Of a DNA stretch of 64,000 bases, positions 32,412-43,559 are shown one piece after another. The stretch spans positions 496,001 through 560,000 of the forward strand of contig OZ025657.1 in assembly GCA_964019335.1 (NCBI GenBank), given 5' to 3'. Under the pieces are notes generated by a model. It was not told the origin of the DNA and did not search any database. It saw only the letters and a list, made by a program, of their open reading frames with translations. Made by a program: the position numbers and the translations under genes. Numbering within the stretch: position 1 is the first letter of the stretch; every line of letters begins with the position of its first letter. The stretch is from Diplonema japonicum (Eukaryota; Protista; Euglenozoa: Diplonemea).

Positions 32412-33143
32412 CTACTTCCTTGCCGCCCTCTTGTTGCTGCCAGCGTTTTCTGCACGTTCTCTTATCAGATTATGCCAGGCTTCTTCTTCTTTCTGTTTTT
32501 TCCATTCTTCCTCACAAGCGGAAACCTTTTTCAAGGCCTCCTTCTCTTCTTCTTTTCTAGCTTGAAGGACTTTTTCCATTCTCCTGAGCATGGGTTTTCC
32601 GATGCCCTCCGACTTCTCTTTTTGAAGGTGGGCTCGAAGAGGTGCAATGTGTGCTTTCAACTGTTCTATCTCCGATTCCACAGTGAGACGTTGGTCACGG
32701 AGCTCTAAGACCTTAGAAAAGACATCTTCAGAGACGCCAAGGGGACAGACCATCGGATTAAGCAGATACGAAGAAGGGTCTTCTTCCACAGGATCTGCTT
32801 GCTTTGGAGCCCTGAAGGTCGATCCCAGTAGCTTAAGAAGCACTGCATTTGCTTCGTTAATCAGTGCCGTCAGCTCTGCAGGTTGCTTCTTATCTTTTTC
32901 GGGTTCTACCAACAACTTTTTGAACTTGTTTACAACCTTCCGTTTTTTGTCCTCCGTGATTATTAAATTTTGGTCAAGCTGCTTCAATTTCTCGGTCGTG
33001 TCCATATTTACCTCAATTCTCCCGTTCAATTCCGCGATCTTGTTCTCAGCATTGCTCACCTCAGCACGGACCTCTGCAAGATCAATATCCACTTGTGATC
33101 TTGCCCGCTGATTATCATGTACTTCCTTCTTCTTAGAGGGCAT
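32412..33143 (-). CDS. Coiled-coil protein resembling the CFAP44 C-terminal region
   Basis: 'VCPLGVSEDVFSKVLELRDQRL' recalls the CFAP43/44 coiled-coil motif; likely ATG at 33143. Confidence 0.6.
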   Translation of the reverse strand: MPSKKKEVHDNQRARSQVDIDLAEVRAEVSNAENKIAELNGRIEVNMDTTEKLKQLDQNLIITEDKKRKVVNKFKKLLVEPEKDKKQPAELTALINEANAVLLKLLGSTFRAPKQADPVEEDPSSYLLNPMVCPLGVSEDVFSKVLELRDQRLTVESEIEQLKAHIAPLRAHLQKEKSEGIGKPMLRRMEKVLQARKEEEKEALKKVSACEEEWKKQKEEEAWHNLIRERAENAGSNKRAARK

Positions 33144-33659
33144 TTTACTTGTGCCTGTAAGAGATAAAAATGTGATGAGTATTTCTGATTCCGGTTTTAT
33201 CCCAAGATGCCCCAACCTCATTCAAAAGGCTTCAAAAGTTGCAATCGACTTCAGCGGGGCGCTGCGAAGGCGAAGTGATGAATACGAAAACGAATTCACC
33301 CAGACCGAGAGCGCAATTGGGGTTTGCAAGAGCATATGATCGATGACATGAGCCGCGTCCTATTCCAGGGGCATGCCCAATGACCGGATGGCACTTCATT
33401 CTTTGGAGGTCAGTGGTTCTCATTCTGAATGACTTGTAACACCAGATCGCCTTGCGCGTAGTGTCTCATCCTGTATGACCCAACAATCGATGGTCCTCGA
33501 AGATGTAATCAGCCACGCGGTGCCCGGAACGCACCACGAGAAGGTGGGGTATACATTGATCCTGGTATCTCCGCGTGGGAGTCAGCGAGCTTAAGAGTGG
33601 GTTGCCCCATCTCAACGTGCACTGTGCTAGCTTGGAGAGATGACACCACCCACTTGTAC

Positions 33660-33756
33660 CACCCCTCCCTATTTCCCCATGGTTCCCCTTCACCTTTCCT
33701 CCTTTCCCAGATGTTGCACCCCTGGCAACCCCGTAATGGTATTTCGAAGAAAAAAA
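33660..33756 (+). mobile_element. 3'-end remnant of a related retroelement (shares its tail with the downstream LINE)
   Basis: CCCTCCCTATTTCCCCATGGTT.CCCTTCACCT...CAG.TGTTGC...TGGTATTT.GAA followed by an A-tail matches 36658-36771. Confidence 0.7.
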
Positions 33757-33798
33757 TCGGGCCGAAAAAAATTATTATTTATTTCCGAAAAAAAGCGT

Positions 33799-36764
33799 TT
33801 CTCCCAGCAGCCCGTTAGGAGGAGCCTTAGGGTACAGGGGCAAGTGCAACCCGTCCCTCGGGACGTTAATTTGACGGGACGGAAGTCGAGGGACTCCACG
33901 ACAGCCAGGCTGGTTTCAGACGCGGCCGCTCCACGGAGGAGCAGGTGGCAACCCTCACTGAGTGCATGTCGAGGAACAAAGACGATCGACGTCTCTCGGC
34001 CGCTCTGCTGTTCGACTTCTCTTCTGCCTTCGACCTGGTGCCCCATGGTGCCCTGCTGGACAAGATGCGAGGGAAGGGTCTCCCCGAACCCTTCGTGGAG
34101 TGGACGCGGTCCTTTCTATGCGGCCGTACTGCTGCGGTCACGATTGGACGGTCGAGGGGGTCGACGACGAAGGTGCGACGGGGTGTCCCCCAGGGCTCTG
34201 TCTTGGGTCCCATCCTGTACACCATCTACGTCGACGAACTCGCCAGGAGACTGGAGGGACTGGCGGACGTCTCGGTGCTCTACGCCGACGACGTGGCGGT
34301 TGTGATCTCCTCTGGACAAGGGGACGTGGCTGGGCTGGAGCGGAAGGCGCAGGCAGTGGTGGATGCGGTTGAGGACTGGTGCAGGGAGCGTGACATGCTG
34401 CTGAGCACGTCCAAGACGCAGGCAGTCTGCGTCCCCCCCCCAGAAACGTCTCGGGGTCTACTTCACTTCGTCACGAGTCCCCCTTCAGCCAGGTGCCTTC
34501 CAGAACCCACTCTTCGGCCTGGGGGTTAACGCCGATGGCACGATCTCCGGGGACCAGGAGCTGGCGGGCCTTCAGGTTGTGGAGGCGGGTGGTGTGCGGA
34601 TCCGCTGCGTGCGGGACATGCATGCAGCCGTGCGACGGCCCGACGTGGATTACGTTGCGGCCCGTCCCCTGCCTCTGTCTGAACACGCGAGGTACCTTGG
34701 GGTTACGGTGGACTCTGGGCTCACGTTCGGTGAACACGCACAGGACATCCTACGGCGGGCCAGCAAAAGGCTGAGGGTGCTGAAGCTCTTGTCCGGCACG
34801 TCCTGGGGCAGCAAGAGGGACACTCTGCGGTCTCTCTACGTTACGTACATCCTCCCGCTGCTGCGCTACTGCATGGGGGTCTACTACAGCAGGCTCGATG
34901 ATGTCGGGAGGAAGGACCTGGCTGGGCTTCACCAGGAGGCGGCGGTGCTGATCACGGGCTGCTGGAGTGGCTCCGGAGGGTACAAGCTCCTAGCTGAGGC
35001 AGGACTGCTTCCCCTCGAAAGAATGGCGGAGGGTGCTGCGGCGACGATGACGGCGAAGGCCTTCTGCTGGCAGTCTTCCCCGGTTCACAGGGAGACGGTC
35101 AAGCTGAAGCAGGCGAACAGGCTGGGGTGTGGGTGGCTGCGCTCTGGCTACCAAGCACTGCGTCGATGCGGGTTGGAACCAAAGGTGCACTTCGAGTACC
35201 TGTCGGCTACGCCCCTGGCGGCCCCGTGGCAGACAGGCATGGTCGACTTCAGGACTGACCTCCCCGGCGGGGTCACGCGATCGTCGCCAGACGCGGACAG
35301 GCGGAAGGCGGCCGAGGCTGCTCTTGCGGCTCTCCCCCCGGGCATCCATGCCTACACGGATGGCTCGGTTGTACAGGTCGGACAGAAGGCGAAAGGTGGC
35401 TCTGGGGTTTATCTGCAGCTGCCTCCCCCCCTGACCCCTGTGTCTGTGTGCCATGGCGTCAACGACTTCTGTTCATCTTTTCGGGCAGAGGGCATGGCTG
35501 TGAAAACGGCGCTGGATATGGTGGCTACCCTCCGAAAAACACACCCTTCGCTGGCGAAGTCCCCGCTGTCGATCTGCACCGACTCCCTCTCCCTCGTCGA
35601 GCAGCTGCGAGCTGGCCCAACGCGACAGAGGGAGAAGCTCGACCACCAGACGTGGAGCCGGCTGGTGACCGCGGCGCGCACGCAGGGAACACCGGTGGTC
35701 CTCCAGTTTGTGCCCTCCCACTGTGGGGTGGACGGGAACGAGAAGGCTGACGCTCTGGCCGTGGAGGGAACGAAGCGGAAGCAGGACAGGCCCTCCCTTG
35801 ACTACCGATCAGTGAGGGCCCTGGTGCGACGGTGGGTGGTGCGGAGGTCCGCGGAGCTCATAACATCCCTCGCCCACAACTACGCGGTGGCGACCGAGCT
35901 TCGGTCCGCGCACTTCCCCCTTGGCTTCCCCAGACAAGCTGAAACGGTCATCTCGCGGCTGCGGATTGGTCACTCGGCTCTCCTCTTCGGCTTCCTGCAG
36001 ACTGCTGGCCCGAACAGGAAGCACAAGGGTGTGCTCCGGTGCCCAGCCTGCCACGCAGCACCGATGTCCAGGGAGCATGTTGTCGGTGGGTGCCCTGTGA
36101 TCGGGAGGGGGGCGATCGACACTCCTGCTGGTACTCCCTAGCCTTCTCCCTGTCGAGACGCGTGACCCAGATCTACGACCTCATTGTTGAGTCTGGCCTG
36201 CTCGCCTGGTCACGCTCCGGACTGTTCACCTCGCCATCATCCCTGGCGTCTACAGACGTCACTGCACCTTCAAACGTGCCGCCCCCTCCTCCGGTCTCTC
36301 TTGACGCCGGTCCCGCGGCCCCCGTGCTGCGCTAAGGGATCGCCCGCGTGTGTGTAAAGTGAAATGTTGTGTTTTCCACTTTCCTTTCCCTTCCTTCCCC
36401 TTCCTCTCACTGTTTCCCATTACCCCCTTTTTATTTTCACACTCACCAATGATTCGCTCAATAGGAGCAATACCTCCCTGGGGGGCTTTCCGCCGGAGGT
36501 TCCAGCCAAAGAAGGACATCCAGCTGGAAGGTAGGCCCCCGTTTTTCTCTCACTTGACTGAGGGAATAATGTAATTCAGCCCTCTTCGGCTGTCCCAAAG
36601 CAGAGCAGGTTGGTGGGGGACCAGGGCTCCTCCTGCTTGCAGAAGCCTGGTCCTTTGCCCTCCCTATTTCCCCATGGTTTCCCTTCACCTTTTTTTTTCC
36701 CCTTTTCTCAGGTGTTGCTCTCCATGGCGGCCCTGCATTGGTATTTTGAAAAAAAAAAAAAAAA
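33799..36764 (+). mobile_element. Non-LTR retrotransposon (ingi/I-group-like; RT, RNase H, CCHC), lacking its 5' coding part and frameshifted
   Basis: QAGFRRGRST, DFSSAFD, GVPQGSVLGP, YADD, YLGV; RNase H YTDGS..RAE..TDS..VPSHCGVDGNEKAD; CPAC..H...C. Poly(A) at 36749-36771. TSD AAAAAAAGCGT at 33788-33798 and 36765-36775. Confidence 0.92.
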
Positions 36765-36777
36765 AAAAAAAGCGTAT

Positions 36778-36859
36778 GGCACGATGGCCGAGCGGTCTAA
36801 GGCGGAGGACTCAAGTTCCTTTCTCTCCGGAGGCGTGGGTTCAAACCCCACTCGTGTCA
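36778..36859 (+). tRNA. trnL-CAA: tRNA-Leu(CAA)
   Basis: GGCACGA acceptor stem, TGGCCGAGCGG A-box, CTCAAGT anticodon loop, long variable arm, GGTTCAAACC B-box, downstream T6 terminator. Confidence 0.95.
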
Positions 36860-36898
36860 CTTTTTTCTACTAATGCAAACACAAAAAAAATAACTGTT

Positions 36899-37995
36899 TA
36901 TTAAATGAAAATAAGATTGCATTATTTCATATGGTGGCAGGGGGTTTAACGAGAGGATCTTACTTCACGAGCGAAGCGAGTGTAGTAAGATCCGAATTAC
37001 TTCACGAGCGTAGCGATTGTAGTAATAATTTCGAGTTAAACCCGCCACCACAAGTGAAATAATGCACTTATTTTCATTTAATACCGGATTTGTATTTATA
37101 TTGTTCAGTTTTAATAATGGTCTGGGGATTTAGTGTACTGTATAAATTATGTACCTTTTTCGGATTTTGGACCCAACTTGGGACTTTTTACAGAACAATA
37201 CAAAAAACTATTTTTATTATTTTTGGCCTGACCCCCCCCCCCCCCCCCCCCCCCCCCAGGACAGGCCCCACTAAAATCAAAGCCACGTTTGTGGTGTACA
37301 AGATCTACTTTTTGGTTTCCATTTTCAAAACAAGGTACGCGGACGCCCTGAAGGCCCAGATAAAGAAAGAGCAGAAAAGACACAGAAGAGAAGCCCTTCT
37401 TACTGCTGTTGGTCCGGCTTCTGTTCCCGTTAGTCCTGTTGCCGCGCCTGGTGCTTCTGTTGTTGCCGGTCCTGTGGTTTCTCTTCCAGGTTTGAAAGGG
37501 TGGGAGGTTACAGGTGCAGGGCACAGGTTACAAGAAGAAATCAAAACTGAGAGGCAGCAAAAAAGGTTGGGTATTACAAGCTACAAGGGATTTCAAGTTA
37601 CCAGTTCTCGCTAGTTCTAACATTAATGTTGATGTCGAGGCTTATCCTGTGCATCGCTACCGCTGGAACCATCTGAGGTTGCATGTATGGTGGATGCGGG
37701 GGCCCACTGCAGAATCTTGATTCTGGGATGGGTTGAGCAGACTGACTAGCACCCCTGAGACGTGTAATCCTCCCCATCGCCTTAGGCTTTCTTCCCATAG
37801 TTTTCTGTGTTTCTAGGGAGTTTGGCTTAAAATAGGTGCAGGAGTGACATAATGTAACATTATATCACTCCTGTACATAATGTCACTCCTGGGCCTTATT
37901 TCTCTATAAGCTGGGAGTGAATATAATGTTGAGCGTGATATAAAGTGAAATATTATTTTCACTCCCACCCTTGAAAACCCGGCTCGAATTAAATA
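36899..37995. mobile_element. Putative non-autonomous Crypton-like element with a branched terminal palindrome (36899-37083) and short inverted repeats (~37838-37964)
   Basis: Outer stem of about 50 bp enclosing two hairpins with CGAGCGAAGCGAG / CGAGCGTAGCGA apices; the same motif occurs in the YR element at ~44906. Right boundary approximate. Confidence 0.55.
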
Positions 37996-38160
37996 AATAA
38001 AAAAAAAAAAAAATGCAAACTGAAATTGAACGAAGTGAAGGATTGCTGCATGGTCTGTGCAGTTTAAATCGCCTCAATGTTACGTAGCGAAACGTTCTTT
38101 TTCCTGAGTCAGAGACTGGGGTCTTCGACTAGGAACGTGGATGAAATAGTAAGACGTGGC

Positions 38161-39417
38161 CTAGAAAAGGTTAGGGTTGCTGTTGGCAGCAAGCTGCTTA
38201 ATTTGATAGTCGAACCATCCTCCGGCAACAGGCGCATCAGGTTCTCCAGGTCGTGACCCAATGGAGTCGGTGGAACCGCAGAAAGAGTCGTAGCGCGAGC
38301 ACTTGCCACCGCTGGGGAGAGTTTGTGTGCATCCATCAGACTCACCGGGGGTCTTCAGCCAGTAGTAGGCGTCGACGAAGCTGCTGTTGGTGGCTGTGGT
38401 CGGGCGGCGCCCAACTCCAGCCCCACGGATGTTGCACCAGTTCGCACAGTTGCTCCTCATGTTCGGGACCCCGTTCCGCCCTGTGTCGGTGATGAAGTAC
38501 TTGCCAGGGAAAGAGGCTGCCAGCTCCATCACGTAGTTCGCCTCGTTCTGAGCAGGGTTGTATTGCCCCTCGAGGTGGCAGGGGTCCGCACAGCACGGGT
38601 CGCTCTGGTGTTTCCCGTTGAGGCACCACTTCAGCTGTGGACAGGCAATGCCGATGGGCTGGTAGTTGGCGACATTGGTGGAGAAGCCACGCAGCTTGTC
38701 AAGGACGTTGAGGCGTGTCACCTCCTGGGCAAACAGTTGAATGTTGTTGGTCCACCCCAACCAACCACCATGGGCGGCGTCGAGGTACAGAGCAGCCTGT
38801 GGGCACGCTGCGGAAAGCGTTTCGATGGCGTAAGGGATGCCTTGCTCATAGGCGGCTTTGGTGGCACTGTTCCCGCAGTGAGGGTCGCCTTGGTTGGTGG
38901 CGAGGTTGGGGAGAGAGTCCGGTTCGATGATGAGTACCATGGGCACCTTGGTACAGTGTTCTTTCACAAGTGCAGCAAGTGGGTTGATGTACTGTGTCTT
39001 GTATTTGTTAAGGCCCGCAGAGCAGTCCCCGTTGGCGTTGTAGTTGCATGTACCGTCGGCGTTGGGGGTGCAGCAGATCTCACCGTTTGAAGCCTTCGCA
39101 TGGCAATCCCTGTTAGGGAGGTCGTACACGATCAGCGTCACGAGCTGTGCAGGCGAGCGGGACCCAGCGTCCTTCAGAATGCCCTCCACCGTGTCTGGTG
39201 TGGTCCCGTTGATCTTCGCCATCACGTCCACCCAGAAAGCAGACGGCACTTCCAGCATCCCCTCTAGCGTCGCCTTAACAGCACCTGTTGCCGTGGCGAT
39301 AGATGAGTTCAGCTCCTTCTGGTACGAAGGGTTCACATAGAAGCTTTTGCCCTCAAAAGGGTTTTGTGCTGCACCAGCAGCTGCTGCAGTTATAATGCAC
39401 AGTGCTATCCTCAACAT
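38161..39417 (-). CDS. Secreted GH6 cellulase (cellobiohydrolase/endoglucanase)
   Basis: Signal peptide; IVYDLPNRDC, IIEPDSLPN, YLDAAHGGWLGW, TNVANY, DTGRNG, WCN and WLKTPGESDG motifs. Confidence 0.95.
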   Translation of the reverse strand: MLRIALCIITAAAAGAAQNPFEGKSFYVNPSYQKELNSSIATATGAVKATLEGMLEVPSAFWVDVMAKINGTTPDTVEGILKDAGSRSPAQLVTLIVYDLPNRDCHAKASNGEICCTPNADGTCNYNANGDCSAGLNKYKTQYINPLAALVKEHCTKVPMVLIIEPDSLPNLATNQGDPHCGNSATKAAYEQGIPYAIETLSAACPQAALYLDAAHGGWLGWTNNIQLFAQEVTRLNVLDKLRGFSTNVANYQPIGIACPQLKWCLNGKHQSDPCCADPCHLEGQYNPAQNEANYVMELAASFPGKYFITDTGRNGVPNMRSNCANWCNIRGAGVGRRPTTATNSSFVDAYYWLKTPGESDGCTQTLPSGGKCSRYDSFCGSTDSIGSRPGEPDAPVAGGWFDYQIKQLAANSNPNLF

Positions 39418-40101
39418 TTGTATTTTTTTTAAACAACAGGGGGTGTAAAATCCTTGCATTGTTTTTGAAAGACTGATTGACATAAAAAGAAAAAAAAGAA
39501 GAAATGGAGGAGGGTGGTGAAAAAAGAATATAATTATGAACGAGGGGGGTGAGAGTAAATGTGTAGAAACTGAATGGGGGGGGGATGAAGGGTTTCTTCT
39601 CCCTTTTTTTTGCTGGAAAGAGCAGAGGCAGCTTGTTTATTCTTACTGTAGGTGAAAACGGCTTGCACAAACAATCAGCCGACTCCATTTTTTTCTTTCT
39701 TTCTTCTCGCTTTTTTCCTTTTTTTTTTTCTCATTCCCTTCTAGAATAACTTTATCCGCCTTGTGTGATATGGTTTTTCCTCTTTACCCCTCCCTGCATA
39801 TCCTCCCATGGACAAAAAAAATGAAGAAGAAACAAACAAGAAAAAGACAAGAAGAAAAAAAGTTGCATGTACTGCTCTTGTTAAATGTATAGTCGTGAAG
39901 GAGCGAAAGTAGAAGAAAAAAAAAGATTATGGCTCGCGAAGAACCTAATAATGTTGGTTCCGAGGGGCCAAGACATCACGTCGAGGAGAAAAGGTAAACC
40001 CTTCACAGTTTACTTTCTGAAATTCTTGGCCTGTGTGATACACACCTTTTCCCTTGTTTTTTTTTGCCAATAGGCCAATTCTTGGTCTCCTGCTTGAGCG
40101 G

Positions 40102-40129
<28 letters not shown>

Positions 40130-40132
<3 letters not shown>

Positions 40133-40455
40133 GGCTTTGATTGCAACACTAGGTGGCGTTAAGCGTGCAACGAAGCACGAAATACCTACTTGATTACAGG
40201 GGGCGCTCCTCGGCCGAGCAGTAGCTTCTTCTGCGTTCCGCGTCGTGTCCTTAATGCGTGCGGTGTGCTCAACCCTAGCCGGGGCGTCCCGGGTAACCAA
40301 GATTCTGCGCTCGTGCAGTTTGCTGCCTGTTCGTCACCCTGAGCATCTGCGATACGTTCTTCCACTCGGGCGCTACCGGTGATGACCGACGAGGAGGTCA
40401 ACAGCGAACAACACATCTGATGTACTTCTTATATTTCCATGTTATCCCCACCACC
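40130..40455. repeat. Dispersed ~320-bp GC-rich repeat, copy 1 (SINE/MITE/ncRNA candidate)
   Basis: High identity with 49301-49611. Confidence 0.85.
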
Positions 40456-40491
40456 CAATAAAGTACAGAAACTGTAGCTTTAGAATCGTTG

Positions 40492-40536
<45 letters not shown>

Positions 40537-41456
40537 GTGAAATAATAATAATAATAATAATAAAAATATTATTTCACGCTTCTGAAATCGATCCGTGAAC
40601 AAACCGCGTGTCAAAAAGGGCTGCTCGCCTCGTGTGGTGAGGTTAATTTCAGAAAGTGTCGTGAAGAAAAGAAAAGAAAAAAAAGAAAGAAAACCACTAA
40701 CCCACCGCCAAGGAATGACTTTACCATTACTTGTCGGCAATAAATAGCTGTTTCAGAGGAAGGAGGTAGGAAAAAAGAAAGAAAAAAAAAAAAAAAAAAA
40801 AAAAAAAAAACAAAAAAAAAGACGATGGAGAACCCGATACGAGCTGTTGTCGCAAGGAAAACGCTTCTTTTCGGTTTCTGCGTGCGAATAACCCAGATGG
40901 GAGGAGGGGGAAAAAAAAGAGAAAAAAAAAGGGGACCCACCTTGCTACGGGGTTAATATAAGGGATCGGTGAAGGGAGGAATTAGAGGAATGCGGGAATT
41001 TATTTTTGCCCCCTCCCCTTCTTCTGTGCCTATGACAAAGCAGCTACCATACACCCAAGTTTTTTTTTCCCCTCAAACTGTTTGCTCCTCCTTTCTTCTT
41101 CGTGTTCTTAAGTTATTCTTTTCTCATAAGTTTGCTGCAATTGTGGGGACACAGATAGGCTGCACTTCTGTCGGCCCCAAGATTTCCTTCGATTATCGGG
41201 CTCACGGTCAGGATTAAAAAGAAAAAAAAGGGGGGGAGGAGAGGGGAAAAGAATACGTTGCAAAGGTATGTTAAAAAAAAAGAAGAAGAAGCAAAAGATT
41301 GTGACAAGATGCCACATCTCCCTTCTTTTTTTTTTCTTCTAGGGGGGAGGGGTTTTTTTGTACGAAAAAAAGAGGAGGGGTAGGAAAGTAATCTTAGAGA
41401 CCACTTTTTTTTTTTTTTTTTTTTTTATTTCACTCTTCGTCATTTTCTTCACTCAC

Positions 41457-41930
41457 TAGGGGCCTCATTATTTAACGCGAAATGGCCATTGTTTAACGCG
41501 AAACGGCCATTATTTAACTAGTTAGTTTGAAATCGCCATTATTTAACTAGTTAAATAATGAGATTTTGCAGTTAAATAATGGCCCTTCAGAGTGAAAAAA
41601 TGGGTCTTGTCGTGGAAAAAAATGCACCCAACCCCTTGAAAAATTTTTTTGGGGTGGGGGTATTTTGACTATTTTTGGCCATCTGAGGCCATTCCAGCCC
41701 TTAAAAGTGGGAATAAGTGCTTTACTTCCCCTTTAAATGCCACGGCGAAATAGCTACCCTGTATTACCTTAGGAAAATCCCCAAAAAGCTGACCTGCGTG
41801 AAAAAAAACAGCAGTGAAAGCAGTGAAGAGTGAGTGACTCAAATGACGAAAAGTGAAATAAAACGACTTACTTGCCGCCAAATGAGCCATTATTTAACAC
41901 TCGTTACCGTTTTTTTGCACGAGGGCCCTG
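41457..41930. mobile_element. MITE-like (possibly hAT-derived) element with subterminal CCATTATTTAAC repeats
   Basis: Imperfect TIRs TAGGGGCCTC / GAGGGCCCTG; about 7 copies of the 12-mer in both orientations; no TSD found. Confidence 0.45.
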
Positions 41931-42930
41931 CCGCGTGCTCAACCCACCCGTGCGCGGCTCTGTTCCTCCCGGCACCAAGTGTGCACTACAAGGGTCTCTC
42001 ACTACATGCAGTCTCTGTGAAGCTTGGTGCAACTGCGTCGGGATAGGGGCATTTTTACAGTGCCAGTTTTCTCTTCTCTTTTTCTTTTCTTAAACCAGAC
42101 AGAAAGGTTTTTGGTCTCTAAAATACCTTTTCCCGAAAGGGGGGGGGGGGGGGGGGGGGAAGTTGCGTGAGGGAGATAGACTTTCGTGCACCTCAGCCGG
42201 AGCTTCAGTGAAAAAAAAAGTACTCCTCCACTATGAGCATTTTTCTTTGCTTGCCAAACACATTTCAAGCAAAAAAAAATGGACGCAACGAAGGTACGGG
42301 GGAAGGAGGGGCACAAAAAAAAAATCCCTTTTTGTATTTTTTTTTTTTTTTTTTTTCATAGGAGAGGAGCAAAAATGAACAAAAAAAAGGTGATGTTTAA
42401 GGGTAAATCCTACTTGAGGACCACCCGGGGGGACTGGGTCTATCTTCTGATGCTCCTTCTGGAGCCTCGCTTTCGTTCCGGTTACGTTGGTGGTTACTCC
42501 GAGCCTGGACCTGTGTCCTGTCGGGGACTTCTATCTTAGCCTATTCGTTTCAGGGTCCAATCCCCGAACCGTACTTCTTTCCTCATCATAAAAAAAAAAA
42601 AAAAGAAGAGAATTCACTGTTGATGGGTGAAGTGCCAGCACGACACCATCAAGGGGAAAAGAGAAAAACAAAAAAAAAAAAGAAAAGAAAAAAAAAAAAA
42701 AAAAAAAAGACAGAACGAAAAGAAAAAAACATATAAAAAGAAGGGGAGGGGGGGAGGGAGAAGACACAAGACAAAGACGCACAACAAGATACCAGGAAGG
42801 GTGGTCAGATGAGCAACTGTGATAACACGTAAAGTTGTTTTACACCCCTCCCTCCCCCCCCTTTTTTTTTCTCTATCTCAATTCAGTTGCAATTTTTTCA
42901 GATAATAATAATAAATACTCCTATTTGAAG

Positions 42931-43440
42931 CTATGTGTAAAGCTGTGAAGGAGAAAAAATTTTTTTTTCTTTCAAAACCCCGTTACACACCTTATGAGGT
43001 TGGTTGTTATTACAATGCCAGACCAACATCAAAAGCGCGGTGGTTCTACTGCTGCACCGGGGTTCAAAGTTTGGTAATTGATGGTTTCTTTGCGCCATCA
43101 AGGGTTTTTGGTGAGGACATGGCTTTTTGAACTTCGATATTCTTGCCAAGGAAGCCGGGGGGGTGATACAGCAGATTTCAGGAATCTCCTTGAACCGAAC
43201 AGAAGAAGGCCTCTCAGCATCTTGAAGGGGTTCCATCCACCAGGGGAGAGCGTCCGGTGTCAGGTCGATTTTGAAAATCGAGCACAACACGGAACAGAAC
43301 ATGCACCACCCAATCTGGGGAACCAACCAAGCAAGGCCCAGCAACGCTGTGGCCATTCTTGTAAAACTCGTTAAAACGCCATCATCAGGGCTGCTACCAC
43401 TGCTGGGCACTTCGATCGCCAGTGAAGCGTGCCTCACCAT
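42931..43440 (-). CDS. Hypothetical protein
   Basis: ~170-aa ORF co-oriented with neighbours; no family recognised. Confidence 0.35.
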   Translation of the reverse strand: MVRHASLAIEVPSSGSSPDDGVLTSFTRMATALLGLAWLVPQIGWCMFCSVLCSIFKIDLTPDALPWWMEPLQDAERPSSVRFKEIPEICCITPPASLARISKFKKPCPHQKPLMAQRNHQLPNFEPRCSSRTTALLMLVWHCNNNQPHKVCNGVLKEKKIFSPSQLYT

Positions 43441-43559
43441 GTTCCCCTGCACCCCTTCTTTAAGCGTGATATGTATGATGTGAACGCAAAGAGAAAATAA
43501 AAGAAAATAAAACTCTAGAGAATTGTTAAAATGGGATAAAACAGCTTCTTTTTTTTCTT

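Noticed and set aside
33600-33625. CCATCTCAACGTG resembling the ingi/L1Tc Pr77 ribozyme loop
   Set aside because: I could not build the P1/P2 pseudoknot by eye; the match is too short.
40269-40280. CAACCCTAG as telomerase RNA template
   Set aside because: Not a clean 1.5-copy telomeric repeat.
40379-40420. Box C (GTGATGA) / box D (CTGA) pair within the duplicated repeat
   Set aside because: Spacing is only ~40 nt with no clear C'/D' boxes, and it explains little of the 320-bp unit.
41461-41585. Repeat array as CRISPR
   Set aside because: Repeats are 12 nt with very short spacers and mixed orientation; eukaryotic context, no cas genes.
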